This document shows positions 8,760 through 18,005 of a DNA stretch of 64,000 bases, piece after piece. Source of the DNA: Gaiellaceae bacterium (GTDB lineage: Bacteria; Actinomycetota; Thermoleophilia; Gaiellales; Gaiellaceae); assembly GCA_035653115.1 (NCBI GenBank), contig DASRCL010000005.1, positions 32,376 through 96,375 on the forward strand. The letters run 5' to 3'. Within the stretch, counting starts at the first letter, position 1; every line of letters begins with the position of its first letter. The translations under genes were made by a program, and so were the position numbers. The notes under the pieces are model-generated. The model was given only the letters and a program-made list of their open reading frames with translations, was not told the DNA's origin and searched no databases.

Positions 8760-10008
8760 GGACGGCCGCGAGCAGCGCGCCCGACTCGGGTCGCACGACC
8801 GACCAACTATGCCGCACGTGGACAACCGAGCGATCCTCTTCTGTGGCCGCCTTAGCCGGTGGAAGCACTTGCATGTCGATCTGGTTCATAACGCGGTCGA
8901 TGATCTCGCCGCCGCGCTCAAGCGTGAACCCGAGCGTGTATTCGCCTGCGCGGAGCGGGAGTTCGTCGAGCATGCATTGAACGACAATCCGCCGCTCCTC
9001 GATGCCGGCGAGCTCGAGCCGCGTTGTGAGCGTGACGAGCTGTCCGATGACTCGGTCGGTGATCCCGATCGTCAGTTCGAGCGACCTCGTCGTGAACGAC
9101 GGCTCGCGGTCCAGCCCAAGCTCGATGACGAGCGGCTCGTCGCGGTGAAGGTCGCGTCCACCGGCGGCGTTCAGTACCGCCACCTCCGAAAAGCGGACAC
9201 CGCCGCTGCCTTCGTGCGGTACGGCGTCGAGACGACCGGCGCCGTGAACGACGAGAGGCCGAGAGCCGAGATAACGCTCGAGCGCTTCATCAGAGGGACC
9301 GACGAACTCGGGACGGCCGTTCCGTAGATAGAGCGCACGATCGCAGAGCTTTGCCACGGATCCCGCATCGTGGCTGACGAAGAGAACCGTCCGACCCGAG
9401 CGCGTCATCTGTTCAATGCGGCTCAACGACTTCTCCTGGAACGCCGCGTCGCCGACACTCAGAACCTCGTCGAGTAGAAGAATCTCGGGGTCGAGGTGCG
9501 CCGCGACCGAGAACGCGAGGCGCATGAACATCCCCGTCGAGTACCGCTTCACCGGGACGTCGATGAAGTCCGCGAGCTCAGAGAACTCGACAATCTCATC
9601 GAACTTCGTCCGGGTCTCTGCGCGAGACATGCCCAGGATCGCGCCGTTTAGGAAGATGTTGTCGCGACCGGAGAGTTCCGGATGAAAGCCGGTTCCGACC
9701 TCGAGAAGGCTGCTGACGCGTCCGCGGATCTCGGCGTATCCCTCCGTCGGATCGGTGATCCGCGCAAGGATCGCAAGCAGCGTCGACTTCCCCGCACCGT
9801 TACTCCCGATGACCCCGAAGACTTCACCGCGGGCGACCTCGAAGGAGGTGTCGCGCAGTGCCCAGATCTCATGCTGACGATGCCGCTGATGCGGCAGGCG
9901 AAACTGGATGTCGTGGATTCGCTCCTTCAGCGTCGTCGGACGAGCGCGGTTCCAAAGCGTGTAGCGCTTGCCGAGTCCGACGACGTGGATGGGCGCGTCA
10001 GACCTCAT
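8749..10008 (-). CDS. wzt: polysaccharide ABC exporter ATP-binding protein with C-terminal Wzt-type extra domain
   Basis: Walker A GSNGAGKSTLL, ABC signature YSTGMFMRLAF and Walker B ILLLDEVLSVGD are present. About 170 extra C-terminal residues follow the NBD. Start is ATG 10008, overlapping the wzm stop by 11 nt. Confidence 0.9.
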   Translation of the reverse strand: MRSDAPIHVVGLGKRYTLWNRARPTTLKERIHDIQFRLPHQRHRQHEIWALRDTSFEVARGEVFGVIGSNGAGKSTLLAILARITDPTEGYAEIRGRVSSLLEVGTGFHPELSGRDNIFLNGAILGMSRAETRTKFDEIVEFSELADFIDVPVKRYSTGMFMRLAFSVAAHLDPEILLLDEVLSVGDAAFQEKSLSRIEQMTRSGRTVLFVSHDAGSVAKLCDRALYLRNGRPEFVGPSDEALERYLGSRPLVVHGAGRLDAVPHEGSGGVRFSEVAVLNAAGGRDLHRDEPLVIELGLDREPSFTTRSLELTIGITDRVIGQLVTLTTRLELAGIEERRIVVQCMLDELPLRAGEYTLGFTLERGGEIIDRVMNQIDMQVLPPAKAATEEDRSVVHVRHSWSVVRPESGALLAAVREA

Positions 10009-10942
10009 CGGCGATCGTCCTTTCGACGCGCGAGAACTGGAACAAGCCGAGCGCGAGTAGCGCAAGCGATTCGACGACCGCGATGGCGAGCAGCCCGTGG
10101 GGAGCCGGCGCGCCGATCAACGCCCAGCGCACAGCCTCCGTCAGACCCACCAGCGGATTGATCGCCTGTACGAGCGTCAGCAGCGACAATCCCGGCGTTC
10201 GGAGCGAGTACGCAACGGGGCTTAGGAAGAACCAGAGCTGGATGACGAATGGGAGGATCTGCGCGACATCGCGGTAGCGCACGTTGAGCGCCGAGAGCAG
10301 GAGCGCGAGGCCGTAGGTCAGCGTAAGCATCACGAGTAGGATCGGAAAGATTGCGAGCGCTCGAGCGCCCGGCGCACGGCCGTAGATCCCCGCGAAGATG
10401 AAGAAGAGCGCGACGCTGATCGCGAAGTCGACGAGCATCGCGGTAATCGAAGCGAGGGGGATCAGCAGGCGAGGTGCCGACGTCTTCTTCACGATCGGAA
10501 TCTCCGTCAGGAGGCTCAGCGAGCCTTGAACCACCGCTCTCGAGATGAAGATCCACAGGACAAGGCCAGACAGGGCGAAGAGTGGGTAGGGAACCCCGGC
10601 GGACGAGAAACGTGCGAGCTGGGTGAATGCGTAGGTGTAGACGCCCATCAGCGCGAGCGGCTGGAACACCGTCCAAGTCGCTCCGAGGGCCGTCTGCGCG
10701 TATCGCACCTTCAGGTCACGCCAGACAAGGAACGCGAAGAGCTCACGATTCGGCCAGAGCTCGCCGAGGCGCAGGCGTCGGATTCCCTGTGCCGGGCGAA
10801 TGATGACTACGTTCGAGGGGCGGCGGTCGACGTCTGCGGCGGCTGACACGCGTAGAGGGTACTCCGGATGTGTTCGCGAAGCGTTAGGCGGGCGTGCCGT
10901 ACGCTGGTCCAGGGGTTCACGCGCGGTCTGCGGCGTCGGCAC
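9998..10942 (-). CDS. wzm: ABC-2 type polysaccharide exporter permease
   Basis: LWPNRELFAFLVWRDLKVRYAQTALGATWTVFQPL is the canonical ABC-2 (Wzm/TagG) N-terminal motif. About 6 hydrophobic segments follow. The start is uncertain (GTG 10942 or GTG 10849). Confidence 0.88.
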   Translation of the reverse strand: MPTPQTAREPLDQRTARPPNASRTHPEYPLRVSAAADVDRRPSNVVIIRPAQGIRRLRLGELWPNRELFAFLVWRDLKVRYAQTALGATWTVFQPLALMGVYTYAFTQLARFSSAGVPYPLFALSGLVLWIFISRAVVQGSLSLLTEIPIVKKTSAPRLLIPLASITAMLVDFAISVALFFIFAGIYGRAPGARALAIFPILLVMLTLTYGLALLLSALNVRYRDVAQILPFVIQLWFFLSPVAYSLRTPGLSLLTLVQAINPLVGLTEAVRWALIGAPAPHGLLAIAVVESLALLALGLFQFSRVERTIADEV

Positions 10943-11035
10943 GCGCGAGCGACCCGTTGTTCACGCAGCCAGCGCAGGCGGACACGTATCGTTGTCTAAT
11001 CGAGGCGACTCCCACCGAACGAGAAGGGCGACACC
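10943..11035. promoter_or_regulatory. divergent promoter region between the wzm operon and the epimerase pair
   Basis: 93-nt gap between divergent starts. It contains a locally AT-richer stretch (acacgtatcgttgtctaatcgagg). GAAGGG lies 8 nt before GTG 11036. No transcription start evidence is available. Confidence 0.3.
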
Positions 11036-12013
11036 GTGACGAAAGTGCTCGTGACCGGCGGCGCTGGCTTCATCGCGTCGCACATTGTCGACCGCCTGCT
11101 CGAGCGGGGCGACGACGTGCTGGTGATCGACAACTTCGCGACCGCGCGCCGCGACACGCTCGCCGAGCACCAGCGGCTGCGGCTGGTCGAGGAGACGATC
11201 GCCGACACCGAGCGCGTCGACTCGTTGTTCGACGACTTCCAGCCCGAGATCGTCGTGCATGCCGCTGCGGCGTACAAGGATCCCGCAGATTGGGACGAAG
11301 ATGCGCGAACGAACGCGCTCGGGACGGCGAACGTCGTTCAGGCGTCGGAGCGCGTCGGTGCCGCGAGGTTCGTCTACTTCCAGACGGCGCTCTGCTACGG
11401 CCTTCATCCTCAGGAGCAGCCGATCACGCTCAGCCACCCACTCGATCCCAAAGACTCGAGCTACGCAGTCTCGAAAACCGCGGGCGAGTACTACGTGCGC
11501 CTGTCGAAGCTCGACTGGATCTCGTTCCGGCTCGCCAACGTGTACGGGCCGAGGAACCTGTCGGGGCCGCTGCCGACGTTCTTCCAGCGGCTCAGCGACG
11601 GCAAGTCGGTCTTCGTGATGGACACGCGACGCGACTTCGTCTACGTCGACGACCTCGTCGCCGTCGCGATGAAGGCCGTCGACGGCGGCGGGAAGAAGGG
11701 TATCTACCACGTGTCATCCGGATCAGACGTCTCGATCAAGGAGCTCTTCGACGCCACGATCAAGGCGATGGACCACCACCTCGACGAGGAGGTCGAGGTT
11801 CGGCCGCGCAACCCCGACGACGCGCCGTCGATCCTGCTCGATCCGTCGAAGACCGAGCGCGATTTCGACTGGGCCGCGCGCACACCGCTCGAGGAGGGGG
11901 TGGCGCGCGCCGTCGAGTACTACCGCGAGCACGGCGTCGCCGAGACGTTCACGCACCTCAAGCCGGTCGAGCCGACGAACGAGCCGCTCGACCAGCCGAT
12001 CGCGCGGAAGTGA
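11036..12013 (+). CDS. NAD-dependent epimerase/dehydratase (extended SDR)
   Basis: MTKVLVTGGAGFIASHIVDRLL Rossmann motif and SSYAVSKTAGE (YxxxK) are present. Confidence 0.9.
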   Translation: MTKVLVTGGAGFIASHIVDRLLERGDDVLVIDNFATARRDTLAEHQRLRLVEETIADTERVDSLFDDFQPEIVVHAAAAYKDPADWDEDARTNALGTANVVQASERVGAARFVYFQTALCYGLHPQEQPITLSHPLDPKDSSYAVSKTAGEYYVRLSKLDWISFRLANVYGPRNLSGPLPTFFQRLSDGKSVFVMDTRRDFVYVDDLVAVAMKAVDGGGKKGIYHVSSGSDVSIKELFDATIKAMDHHLDEEVEVRPRNPDDAPSILLDPSKTERDFDWAARTPLEEGVARAVEYYREHGVAETFTHLKPVEPTNEPLDQPIARK

Positions 12014-13080
12014 ACGGCGCCGACCTCCTCGTCGTCGGGGGTGCCGGCTTCGTGGGGTCGAACCTCGTGCGCGCGGCGCTCGAGCGAGATGCGCGCTCCG
12101 TCCTCGTCGTCGACAACCTCCTGTCCGCCGAGCGCGAGAACGTCCCCGACGACGCGCGCGTTCGATTCCTCGAAGGGTCGATCGCGGACGACGGCGTCCT
12201 CGCGGACCTGGGCGACGACTTCGACTACGTCTTCCACCTCGCCACGTACCACGGGAACCAGAGCTCGATCGCCGATCCGCTCGCAGACCACGACAACAAC
12301 CTGATCACGACGCTCAAGCTGTACGAGCACGTGAAGGGGTTCGAGCGGCTGCGCAAGCTCGTCTATTCGGCGTCCGGGTGCACGCTCGCGCCGCACGAGG
12401 TCTACGAGGAGGCCGAGGCCACCACCGAGGACGGACCAGTGTCGCTCGACCTCGACAGCCCGTACCAGATCTCGAAGGTGGTCGGCGAGTTCTACTCGGT
12501 CTACTACCACCGGCAGTCCGGGCTGCCGACGGTGCGCGCCCGCTTCCAGAACGTCTACGGCCCAGGCGAGATCCTCGGCGCCGGTCGCTGGCGCGGCACC
12601 GTCAACACCGTCTGGCGGAACGTCGTCCCGACGTTCGTCTACCGCGCGCTCAAGCGTCTTCCGCTCAGGATCGACGGAACGGGCGCGGCCAGTCGCGACT
12701 TCGTCTTCGTCGACGACATCGTCGACGGCCTGCTGCTCTGCGCGACGGACGGCACGCCCGGGGACGTCTACAACCTCGCGGTCGGCTCCGACACCTCGAT
12801 CCGCGACCTCGCGGCGCTCGTCAACGAGATCGCCGGCAGCGACGCGAGCGTCGAGTACGGCGCGCGGCGACCCTGGGACCACTCGATCAAACGCTTCGGG
12901 TCGACGGAGAAGGCGAAGCGCGAGCTGGGGTTCGAGGCCGTCGTGCCGCTTCGCGAGGGGATCGAGCGAACCGTCGGGTGGATGCGCGACAACATCGAGC
13001 TCATCGACCGCTGCATCGCGCGCCACGCCGACCGCATGCGCGAGGCCGGCGCGCCGGTCGACGAGCTGGTCGCCGCCTAG
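12010..13080 (+). CDS. NAD-dependent epimerase/dehydratase (extended SDR)
   Basis: GTG 12010 forms a GTGA overlap with the preceding stop. Sequence reads VNGADLLVVGGAGFVGSNLV with SPYQISKVVGE (YxxxK). The upstream 372 Arg-rich codons of track ORF 10894..13080 were rejected. Confidence 0.88.
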   Translation: MNGADLLVVGGAGFVGSNLVRAALERDARSVLVVDNLLSAERENVPDDARVRFLEGSIADDGVLADLGDDFDYVFHLATYHGNQSSIADPLADHDNNLITTLKLYEHVKGFERLRKLVYSASGCTLAPHEVYEEAEATTEDGPVSLDLDSPYQISKVVGEFYSVYYHRQSGLPTVRARFQNVYGPGEILGAGRWRGTVNTVWRNVVPTFVYRALKRLPLRIDGTGAASRDFVFVDDIVDGLLLCATDGTPGDVYNLAVGSDTSIRDLAALVNEIAGSDASVEYGARRPWDHSIKRFGSTEKAKRELGFEAVVPLREGIERTVGWMRDNIELIDRCIARHADRMREAGAPVDELVAA

Positions 13081-13082
13081 CC

Positions 13083-14468
13083 TCAGCGCTCGATCGTCCA
13101 GCTTCCGGCGCCGTGCTGCACGAGCGCGGCGGCCGGTCGGCGTTCGCCGAAGCGCTCCGAGATCGTCCGCGGCTCGCGACCGGTGTCGCCCGCAGCGGCG
13201 ATCGTCGCGCCGACGTCCTCGGCGACGACGAGCGTCGAGCGGACAGAGCGGCCGCGCACGCCGGCGAGCTCGTCCTCCACCTCGATCCGGTCGCGGCGCA
13301 AGCGGATTCGCCGCTCGTGCCCGACACCGCGCGCGTCGCGAACGCGGCCGGCGAGCGTGGTCGCGTCTGCTTCGACGAGCCGGACGTCGGGCAGCGGACC
13401 GGCGCGGAACGCGCCCCACCGCTCGAACTGGCCGCCGCCGACGCACACCGTCGAGTGCGCGGCCGTCGACCGCAGGAAGTCGCGTTCGGCGCCGGCTTCG
13501 TAGACCGGCATCCCGGGATCGACGACGACCGCCCGCCCACGGAACCACAGCTGGAACGAGAGGGCGTCCGCGTGCGCGTGCGCCGGCAGGAACGGCGGCG
13601 AGGGCGGTCCGCAGTCGAATGCGAGCCAGAGGTCGTCCTCGTTGACGAAGACGTAGCCGGTCTCCTCGAACACGCTCATCCCCGTGGGCGGGCGGGGCAG
13701 CTCGAGGCGCGGCGCGACGTCGAGCCCGCCGTCGTTGAAGAGCGCGGGCGCGCCGTCGGGTCGCGACGACGCGGCGGCGAACCTCGCCATGCGCTCCACC
13801 TCGTCCTCGACGTCGACGAACGGACGAAGCTCGAGCAGGTCCCGCAGCACGAGGCGGTGGTACGCGGGGCTCCGCTCGTAGTGCCCGCCGTCCGCCAGCA
13901 CCTGCTCCGGCAGCTCGCGCCGCAAAAGCGCCTCGCCGCGGCGCCGCAACGCCGCGTCGTCGAACGCGACGCCGCCGAGGACCAGCGCTTTCGCGTTGCG
14001 GATCACGTGGTTGCCGAGGACGTCGTCCTCGACGTTCGCGGCGACGCGCGCGAGCGCCCGCCGCACCGACTCCGCGATGACAGGACGGAGCGCGGGATCC
14101 AGGGTCGCTGCCGCAATCCAGTTCGCGGCGCGGGTCGAGGCGACGTACGGATGCCAGAGATCGTCCCGGCGCGGCGGGTACGCCGCGATCCAGGCGCGGG
14201 CCGGTGTCAGCGCGTCGCCGCCCTCCCTCGCCGCCTCCAGCACGTCCTCGCCGTAGCCGGCGTGGAAGCGCGCGAGCCGCGATCCCGGCTCGGGCTGCGC
14301 CCCCAGTGGGGCGAACGCCGGCGAGCGCCAGAGCGGCTCGTTCGCCTGCAGGGCTCTGAGAGGGCCGGAGGGGCCCTGAGGGAAGCGGCGACGGCGAACG
14401 GGCCGGGTTGCACGCGCGAGCGCCTGCCGCGGCCGCACGACGCGCAGCGCGTGGAGCCAGAGCCTCAC
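13083..14468 (-). CDS. heparinase II/III family protein
   Basis: 461 aa with WHPYVASTRAANWI, GNHVIRNAKAL, DGGHYERSPAYH and PAHAHADALSFQL, the characteristic motifs of heparinase II/III-like proteins. The GTG start forms a GTGA overlap with the upstream GT. Confidence 0.85.
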   Translation of the reverse strand: MRLWLHALRVVRPRQALARATRPVRRRRFPQGPSGPLRALQANEPLWRSPAFAPLGAQPEPGSRLARFHAGYGEDVLEAAREGGDALTPARAWIAAYPPRRDDLWHPYVASTRAANWIAAATLDPALRPVIAESVRRALARVAANVEDDVLGNHVIRNAKALVLGGVAFDDAALRRRGEALLRRELPEQVLADGGHYERSPAYHRLVLRDLLELRPFVDVEDEVERMARFAAASSRPDGAPALFNDGGLDVAPRLELPRPPTGMSVFEETGYVFVNEDDLWLAFDCGPPSPPFLPAHAHADALSFQLWFRGRAVVVDPGMPVYEAGAERDFLRSTAAHSTVCVGGGQFERWGAFRAGPLPDVRLVEADATTLAGRVRDARGVGHERRIRLRRDRIEVEDELAGVRGRSVRSTLVVAEDVGATIAAAGDTGREPRTISERFGERRPAAALVQHGAGSWTIER

Positions 14469-15463
14469 GAGCCGACGTCCGCGTACAGCGCGACCAGCGC
14501 GTCCGACGCGGCGGCGACCGAGAACCGCTTCCGCGCCGCCCGCCGCGCCTCGGCCCCCAGCCTCGCCCGCTCGTCCGCGTCACGGAGCAGCCGCTCGAGC
14601 GCAGCGCGCAAAGCAGCCACGTCGCGCGGCGGGACGAGCACGGCGGCGTCGCGCAGGTCGCGCAGGCCGCCGACGTCCGAGGCCACCACGGCGCGTCCGT
14701 AGGCCATCGCCTCGCGTGCCGCCATGCCGTAGCCCTCGCGCCGGGAGGGGACGCAGACGACGGCCGCCCGCTCGTAGAAGCCGCCGAGGTCCGCCGGGGC
14801 CGCGAACGGCAGCACGTCCGGCACGCCGCTGCGCAGCGGCCCGTCCCCGACGACCACTCGCGGCAGCCCCTCCGTCGCCTCGAGGAACTCGAGGATCCCC
14901 TTCTCCTCGCTCAGCCGCCCGGCGAAGAGCACGTGCGGCGGCTCGTCCGGCGCCGCGACCCGCTCGGGAATCTCGACGCCGGCGGGGATCACCTCGACGC
15001 GCCGCGCGCCGAGCGCGCGCGCCTCGTCGGCGAGAAAGCTCGACGCGGCGACGACGGCGCGCGCGCCGCGCAGGAGCGGCCGCACGAGCGCCGGCGCGCG
15101 CCGCGCCAGCTCGACGTCCGTCCCCCACACCTGCAGCACGTACGGCTTCCCGGTCGCGCGCGCCGCGAGCGCGGACGGGATCCAGTGCGCGTGCACGAGG
15201 TCGGCGTCGCGCGCCGCGCGGCGCGCGGCGGCCGCGTATGCCGCGACGAACGAGGGCACGAGCGCGAGCTTCCACGGCGCCGCCCGCAGGTTCTGCGCGA
15301 TGCCGCTGCCGTACGCGACGCCGAAGTGTGGGAAGCTCGCGGGCGAGACGACCGCGACGTCGAGGCCGCGCTCGCGCACGCCGCGCACCGCGGTCGCCAC
15401 GAAGCTGCCGGCGACGTCCCGCGCGTCGCGCGGGTACGACGTCGTCAGCACGACGACCTTCAT
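14465..15463 (-). CDS. glycosyltransferase family 4
   Basis: ATG 15463 forms an ATGA overlap. Sequence has MKVVVLTTSYPR, HVLFAGRLSEEKG and the EX7E region PSRREGYGMAAREAMAYGRAVV. Confidence 0.9.
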   Translation of the reverse strand: MKVVVLTTSYPRDARDVAGSFVATAVRGVRERGLDVAVVSPASFPHFGVAYGSGIAQNLRAAPWKLALVPSFVAAYAAAARRAARDADLVHAHWIPSALAARATGKPYVLQVWGTDVELARRAPALVRPLLRGARAVVAASSFLADEARALGARRVEVIPAGVEIPERVAAPDEPPHVLFAGRLSEEKGILEFLEATEGLPRVVVGDGPLRSGVPDVLPFAAPADLGGFYERAAVVCVPSRREGYGMAAREAMAYGRAVVASDVGGLRDLRDAAVLVPPRDVAALRAALERLLRDADERARLGAEARRAARKRFSVAAASDALVALYADVGS

Positions 15464-16761
15464 TCCGCCGGCGCGAAGACGACGGGCAGCGCGAGCGCGA
15501 GGGCGAGGAACGCGAAGAAGTAATAGAACTGCATCGTCAGGTAGAAGGCGTTCGCCGCCAGCGTCCCCGCGAGCGCGGCGGTGCATCCCCACGCGAGCGG
15601 ACGCACGCGCGCCGCGAGCGGATCGCGTGCCGCGGCGAGCGCGCGGCCGAGCCGGCGGGCGACGCTCAGCCGGTGGAACACCCAGAGGATGAAGGCGGCG
15701 AAGACCGCCGTGCCGACGATGCCCGTCTCGACGATCAGCGCGACGTAGTACGAGTGCGGGCCCCAGTTGGACTTTCCGGTGACGAACTCGTAGTAGACCG
15801 AGAACGTGTTCAGCCCGAGCCCGAACAGCGGGTCGATGTGCAGCACCTGCGGCACGAACCCGTAGACCGAGAAGTGCGCGCTCTCCGAGGCTCCGCTCGT
15901 CTGCACGCGCGACTTCAGCACGGTCGTGAAGAAGCTGCGTCGCGAGAGGACGATCGCGAGCAGGATCAGCAGCGCCGCGCCGATCGGCACGAGCAGCTGG
16001 GGCGTGCGCAGGTAGCGGCGATACGGGACGGCGAGGATGATCGCGCCGACGGCGAGGCCGAGCACGCCGCTGCGCGACAGCGTCGCCGCCTCCACGACGA
16101 GCAGGAACCCGATCGTCAGCATCAGCCAGCGCCGCCACGGGTGTCCGCGCTCCAGGCGCAGGTACACCGGCGTCAGGATCAGCAGCGGGACGATCAGCAT
16201 GATCCCGAGGTGGTTCGGGTCGCCGGTGAGCGCGTTCGGCCGGTAGACGTTGGCGCCGTTGATCGCGCCGTAGATGTTGATCTGGCTCGCGCCGCCCGTG
16301 ATCGGCGACAGCAGCGTCGCATCGAGGTTGCCGCCGCGCCGCGCGTCGAGCAGCTGCAGCACGCCGTAGATCGCGTTGACGACGATGCCCGCGCTGAACC
16401 AGCCGAGCGCCCGCCAGAAGTAGCCCCGCCCGCGGCGCGCGAGCCAGACGACCGCCGCGGCGAGGAACACGAAGTGGATGAGCCACTTGGTCAGCCCCTT
16501 CGCCCACTGTGCGAGCGCGGTCGAGTCGGCGAGGTCGAAGTAGCCGCACAGGTACACGAGCAGGAAGAGCGCGAAGAAGCCGAGCAGCGTCACCGTCGTC
16601 CGCGGCACGCGCCAGCGCACCGTCAGGATCGCGAACGAGACCAGGAAGAGGATCGCGAGGATGTCCGAGATGCCGACGTTGCCCGCGACGTTCCAGTGGA
16701 TCTTCTCGAAGGTCGCGGCGAAGAGCGTCGCGAGGAAGAAGAAGCTCGTCAGCGTCCTCAT
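15460..16761 (-). CDS. O-antigen ligase/polymerase family membrane protein (Wzy_C-type)
   Basis: ATG 16761 forms an ATGA overlap. About 10-12 hydrophobic helices. A large loop (GASQINIYGAINGANVYRPNALTGDPNHLG) is followed by VVEAATLSRSGVLG, typical of O-antigen ligase/polymerase domains. Confidence 0.78.
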   Translation of the reverse strand: MRTLTSFFFLATLFAATFEKIHWNVAGNVGISDILAILFLVSFAILTVRWRVPRTTVTLLGFFALFLLVYLCGYFDLADSTALAQWAKGLTKWLIHFVFLAAAVVWLARRGRGYFWRALGWFSAGIVVNAIYGVLQLLDARRGGNLDATLLSPITGGASQINIYGAINGANVYRPNALTGDPNHLGIMLIVPLLILTPVYLRLERGHPWRRWLMLTIGFLLVVEAATLSRSGVLGLAVGAIILAVPYRRYLRTPQLLVPIGAALLILLAIVLSRRSFFTTVLKSRVQTSGASESAHFSVYGFVPQVLHIDPLFGLGLNTFSVYYEFVTGKSNWGPHSYYVALIVETGIVGTAVFAAFILWVFHRLSVARRLGRALAAARDPLAARVRPLAWGCTAALAGTLAANAFYLTMQFYYFFAFLALALALPVVFAPAE

Positions 16762-18005
16762 GCGACACGCTCCAGCACGCGCGCGAGCTCCTGCACCCGC
16801 GCGCGCCGCGAGACGCGCGCGCGCCAGTCGGGCGAGAGCGGCGCCGCCTCGAGCGTCCCCTCGCGCCAGCGCCGGTGCAGCGCGCCGAGCGCGGCGGCGA
16901 TCGCGTCGACGTCCTCGGGCGCGACGACGACGCCGGCCCGCGCCTCGCGGATCAGCTCGGCGGCCGCGCCGTCCGGAGGCACGAGCGCAAGGATCGGGCG
17001 CTCGGCCGCCAGGTACTCGAACACCTTTCCGCTGAGGACGCCGCGGCCGCGGCCGCCCGCTTCGGGGATCAGGAGCAGCAGCGCCTCGGAGTCGCGTTGC
17101 AGCTCGAGCGAGCGGCGCCGCGGAGCGTACGGGATCAGCTCCAGCCGGTCGCCGAGCCCGAGCTGCTCCGCCCACTCGCGGTCGCTCGAGCGGAAGTCGC
17201 CGACGAAGCGGGCGACGACGTCGAGGCCGGAGCGCTCGAGCGCGGTCAGGAACGGCCGCGGGTCGCGCTTGCCGAAGAACGAGCCGGTATGCGTGATGCG
17301 GAAGCGCTGCGCCGGCTGGTAGGCGAGCCCGGCGAAATCGTCGAAGTCCGCGCCGTTCGCGATCGTCGTCACGGTGCCGCTGGGGGAGCGCGCGCGGATC
17401 TCGCCGGCGATCGCCTCGGAGACGGTGACGATCGCGTCGGCCTGCGACGCGACGAGCCGCGCGACGGCGTGCTCGCCCTGCTCCTTGACGCGCACGGCGA
17501 GCCGCTCCGCGTGCCGGTGCGGGTGCGCGACGAGCGAGTCGCGCAGGTCGGCGACCCAGCGCACCCCGGTTGCGCGCTTGACGGCGGCGCCGACGAGGTG
17601 CACCGAGCTCGGCGGCGACGTGGTGATGACGACGTCGATCCCCTCCTGCCGCACGAGCCGGATCGCCGCCGGGATCGCGGTCAGGTTCCAGCTGACGTTC
17701 TCGTCGGGCAGGAGCAAGCGCCGGCTGAGCAGCTTCGCCTGCACGCCCACGCGCTCGAGGCCCTGCTTGCCGTGCAGCTCCTCGGCCGGTTTGCGTCCCT
17801 TCGGCCCGATGTAGCGCGCGCGGTGCACCCAGGCGAGCGTCGGCGGCTGCAGCTCGTCGTCGCGGTGGATCCACTTCGGATCGTCGGGTGCGAGCACGTG
17901 CGTCTCGATCCCGAGCTTGGGCAGGTGCGTCGCGAACTTGAGCGGGCGCTGGACGCCGCCGCCGCCCGCGGGCGGGAAGTACATCGTCACGAGGAGGACC
18001 TTCAC
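16758..18005 (-). CDS. glycosyltransferase family 4
   Basis: GTG 18005 forms a GTGA overlap. N-terminus is VKVLLVTMYFPPAGGGGVQRPLKFATHL, with a GT-B C-terminal half (ITHTGSFFGKRDP..., GKVFEYLAAERPILALV). Confidence 0.88.
   Translation of the reverse strand: MKVLLVTMYFPPAGGGGVQRPLKFATHLPKLGIETHVLAPDDPKWIHRDDELQPPTLAWVHRARYIGPKGRKPAEELHGKQGLERVGVQAKLLSRRLLLPDENVSWNLTAIPAAIRLVRQEGIDVVITTSPPSSVHLVGAAVKRATGVRWVADLRDSLVAHPHRHAERLAVRVKEQGEHAVARLVASQADAIVTVSEAIAGEIRARSPSGTVTTIANGADFDDFAGLAYQPAQRFRITHTGSFFGKRDPRPFLTALERSGLDVVARFVGDFRSSDREWAEQLGLGDRLELIPYAPRRRSLELQRDSEALLLLIPEAGGRGRGVLSGKVFEYLAAERPILALVPPDGAAAELIREARAGVVVAPEDVDAIAAALGALHRRWREGTLEAAPLSPDWRARVSRRARVQELARVLERVA

Noticed and set aside
10894-12009. 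N-terminal extensions of track ORFs. Examples: the first 372 codons of 10894..13080, 15464..16768, 16762..17874, 18006..19736, 19841..20461, 21686..23020, 50475..52346 and 41418..41621.
   Set aside because: The extensions are Arg-rich junk. The recognisable protein always begins at an internal ATG/GTG that forms a 4-nt overlap with, or lies just after, the upstream stop.
11920-14583. Very long ORFs with Arg/Ala/Pro/Gly-rich translations. Examples: 11920..14583 (887 aa), 14716..17322 (868 aa), 37292..40438 (1048 aa), 40299..43538 (1079 aa), 12378..14702, 18050..20260 and 28242..30173.
   Set aside because: Their composition is typical of out-of-frame or antisense reading of very high-GC coding DNA. 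Each overlaps a gene on the other strand or frame that has clear family motifs. None shows a recognisable domain.
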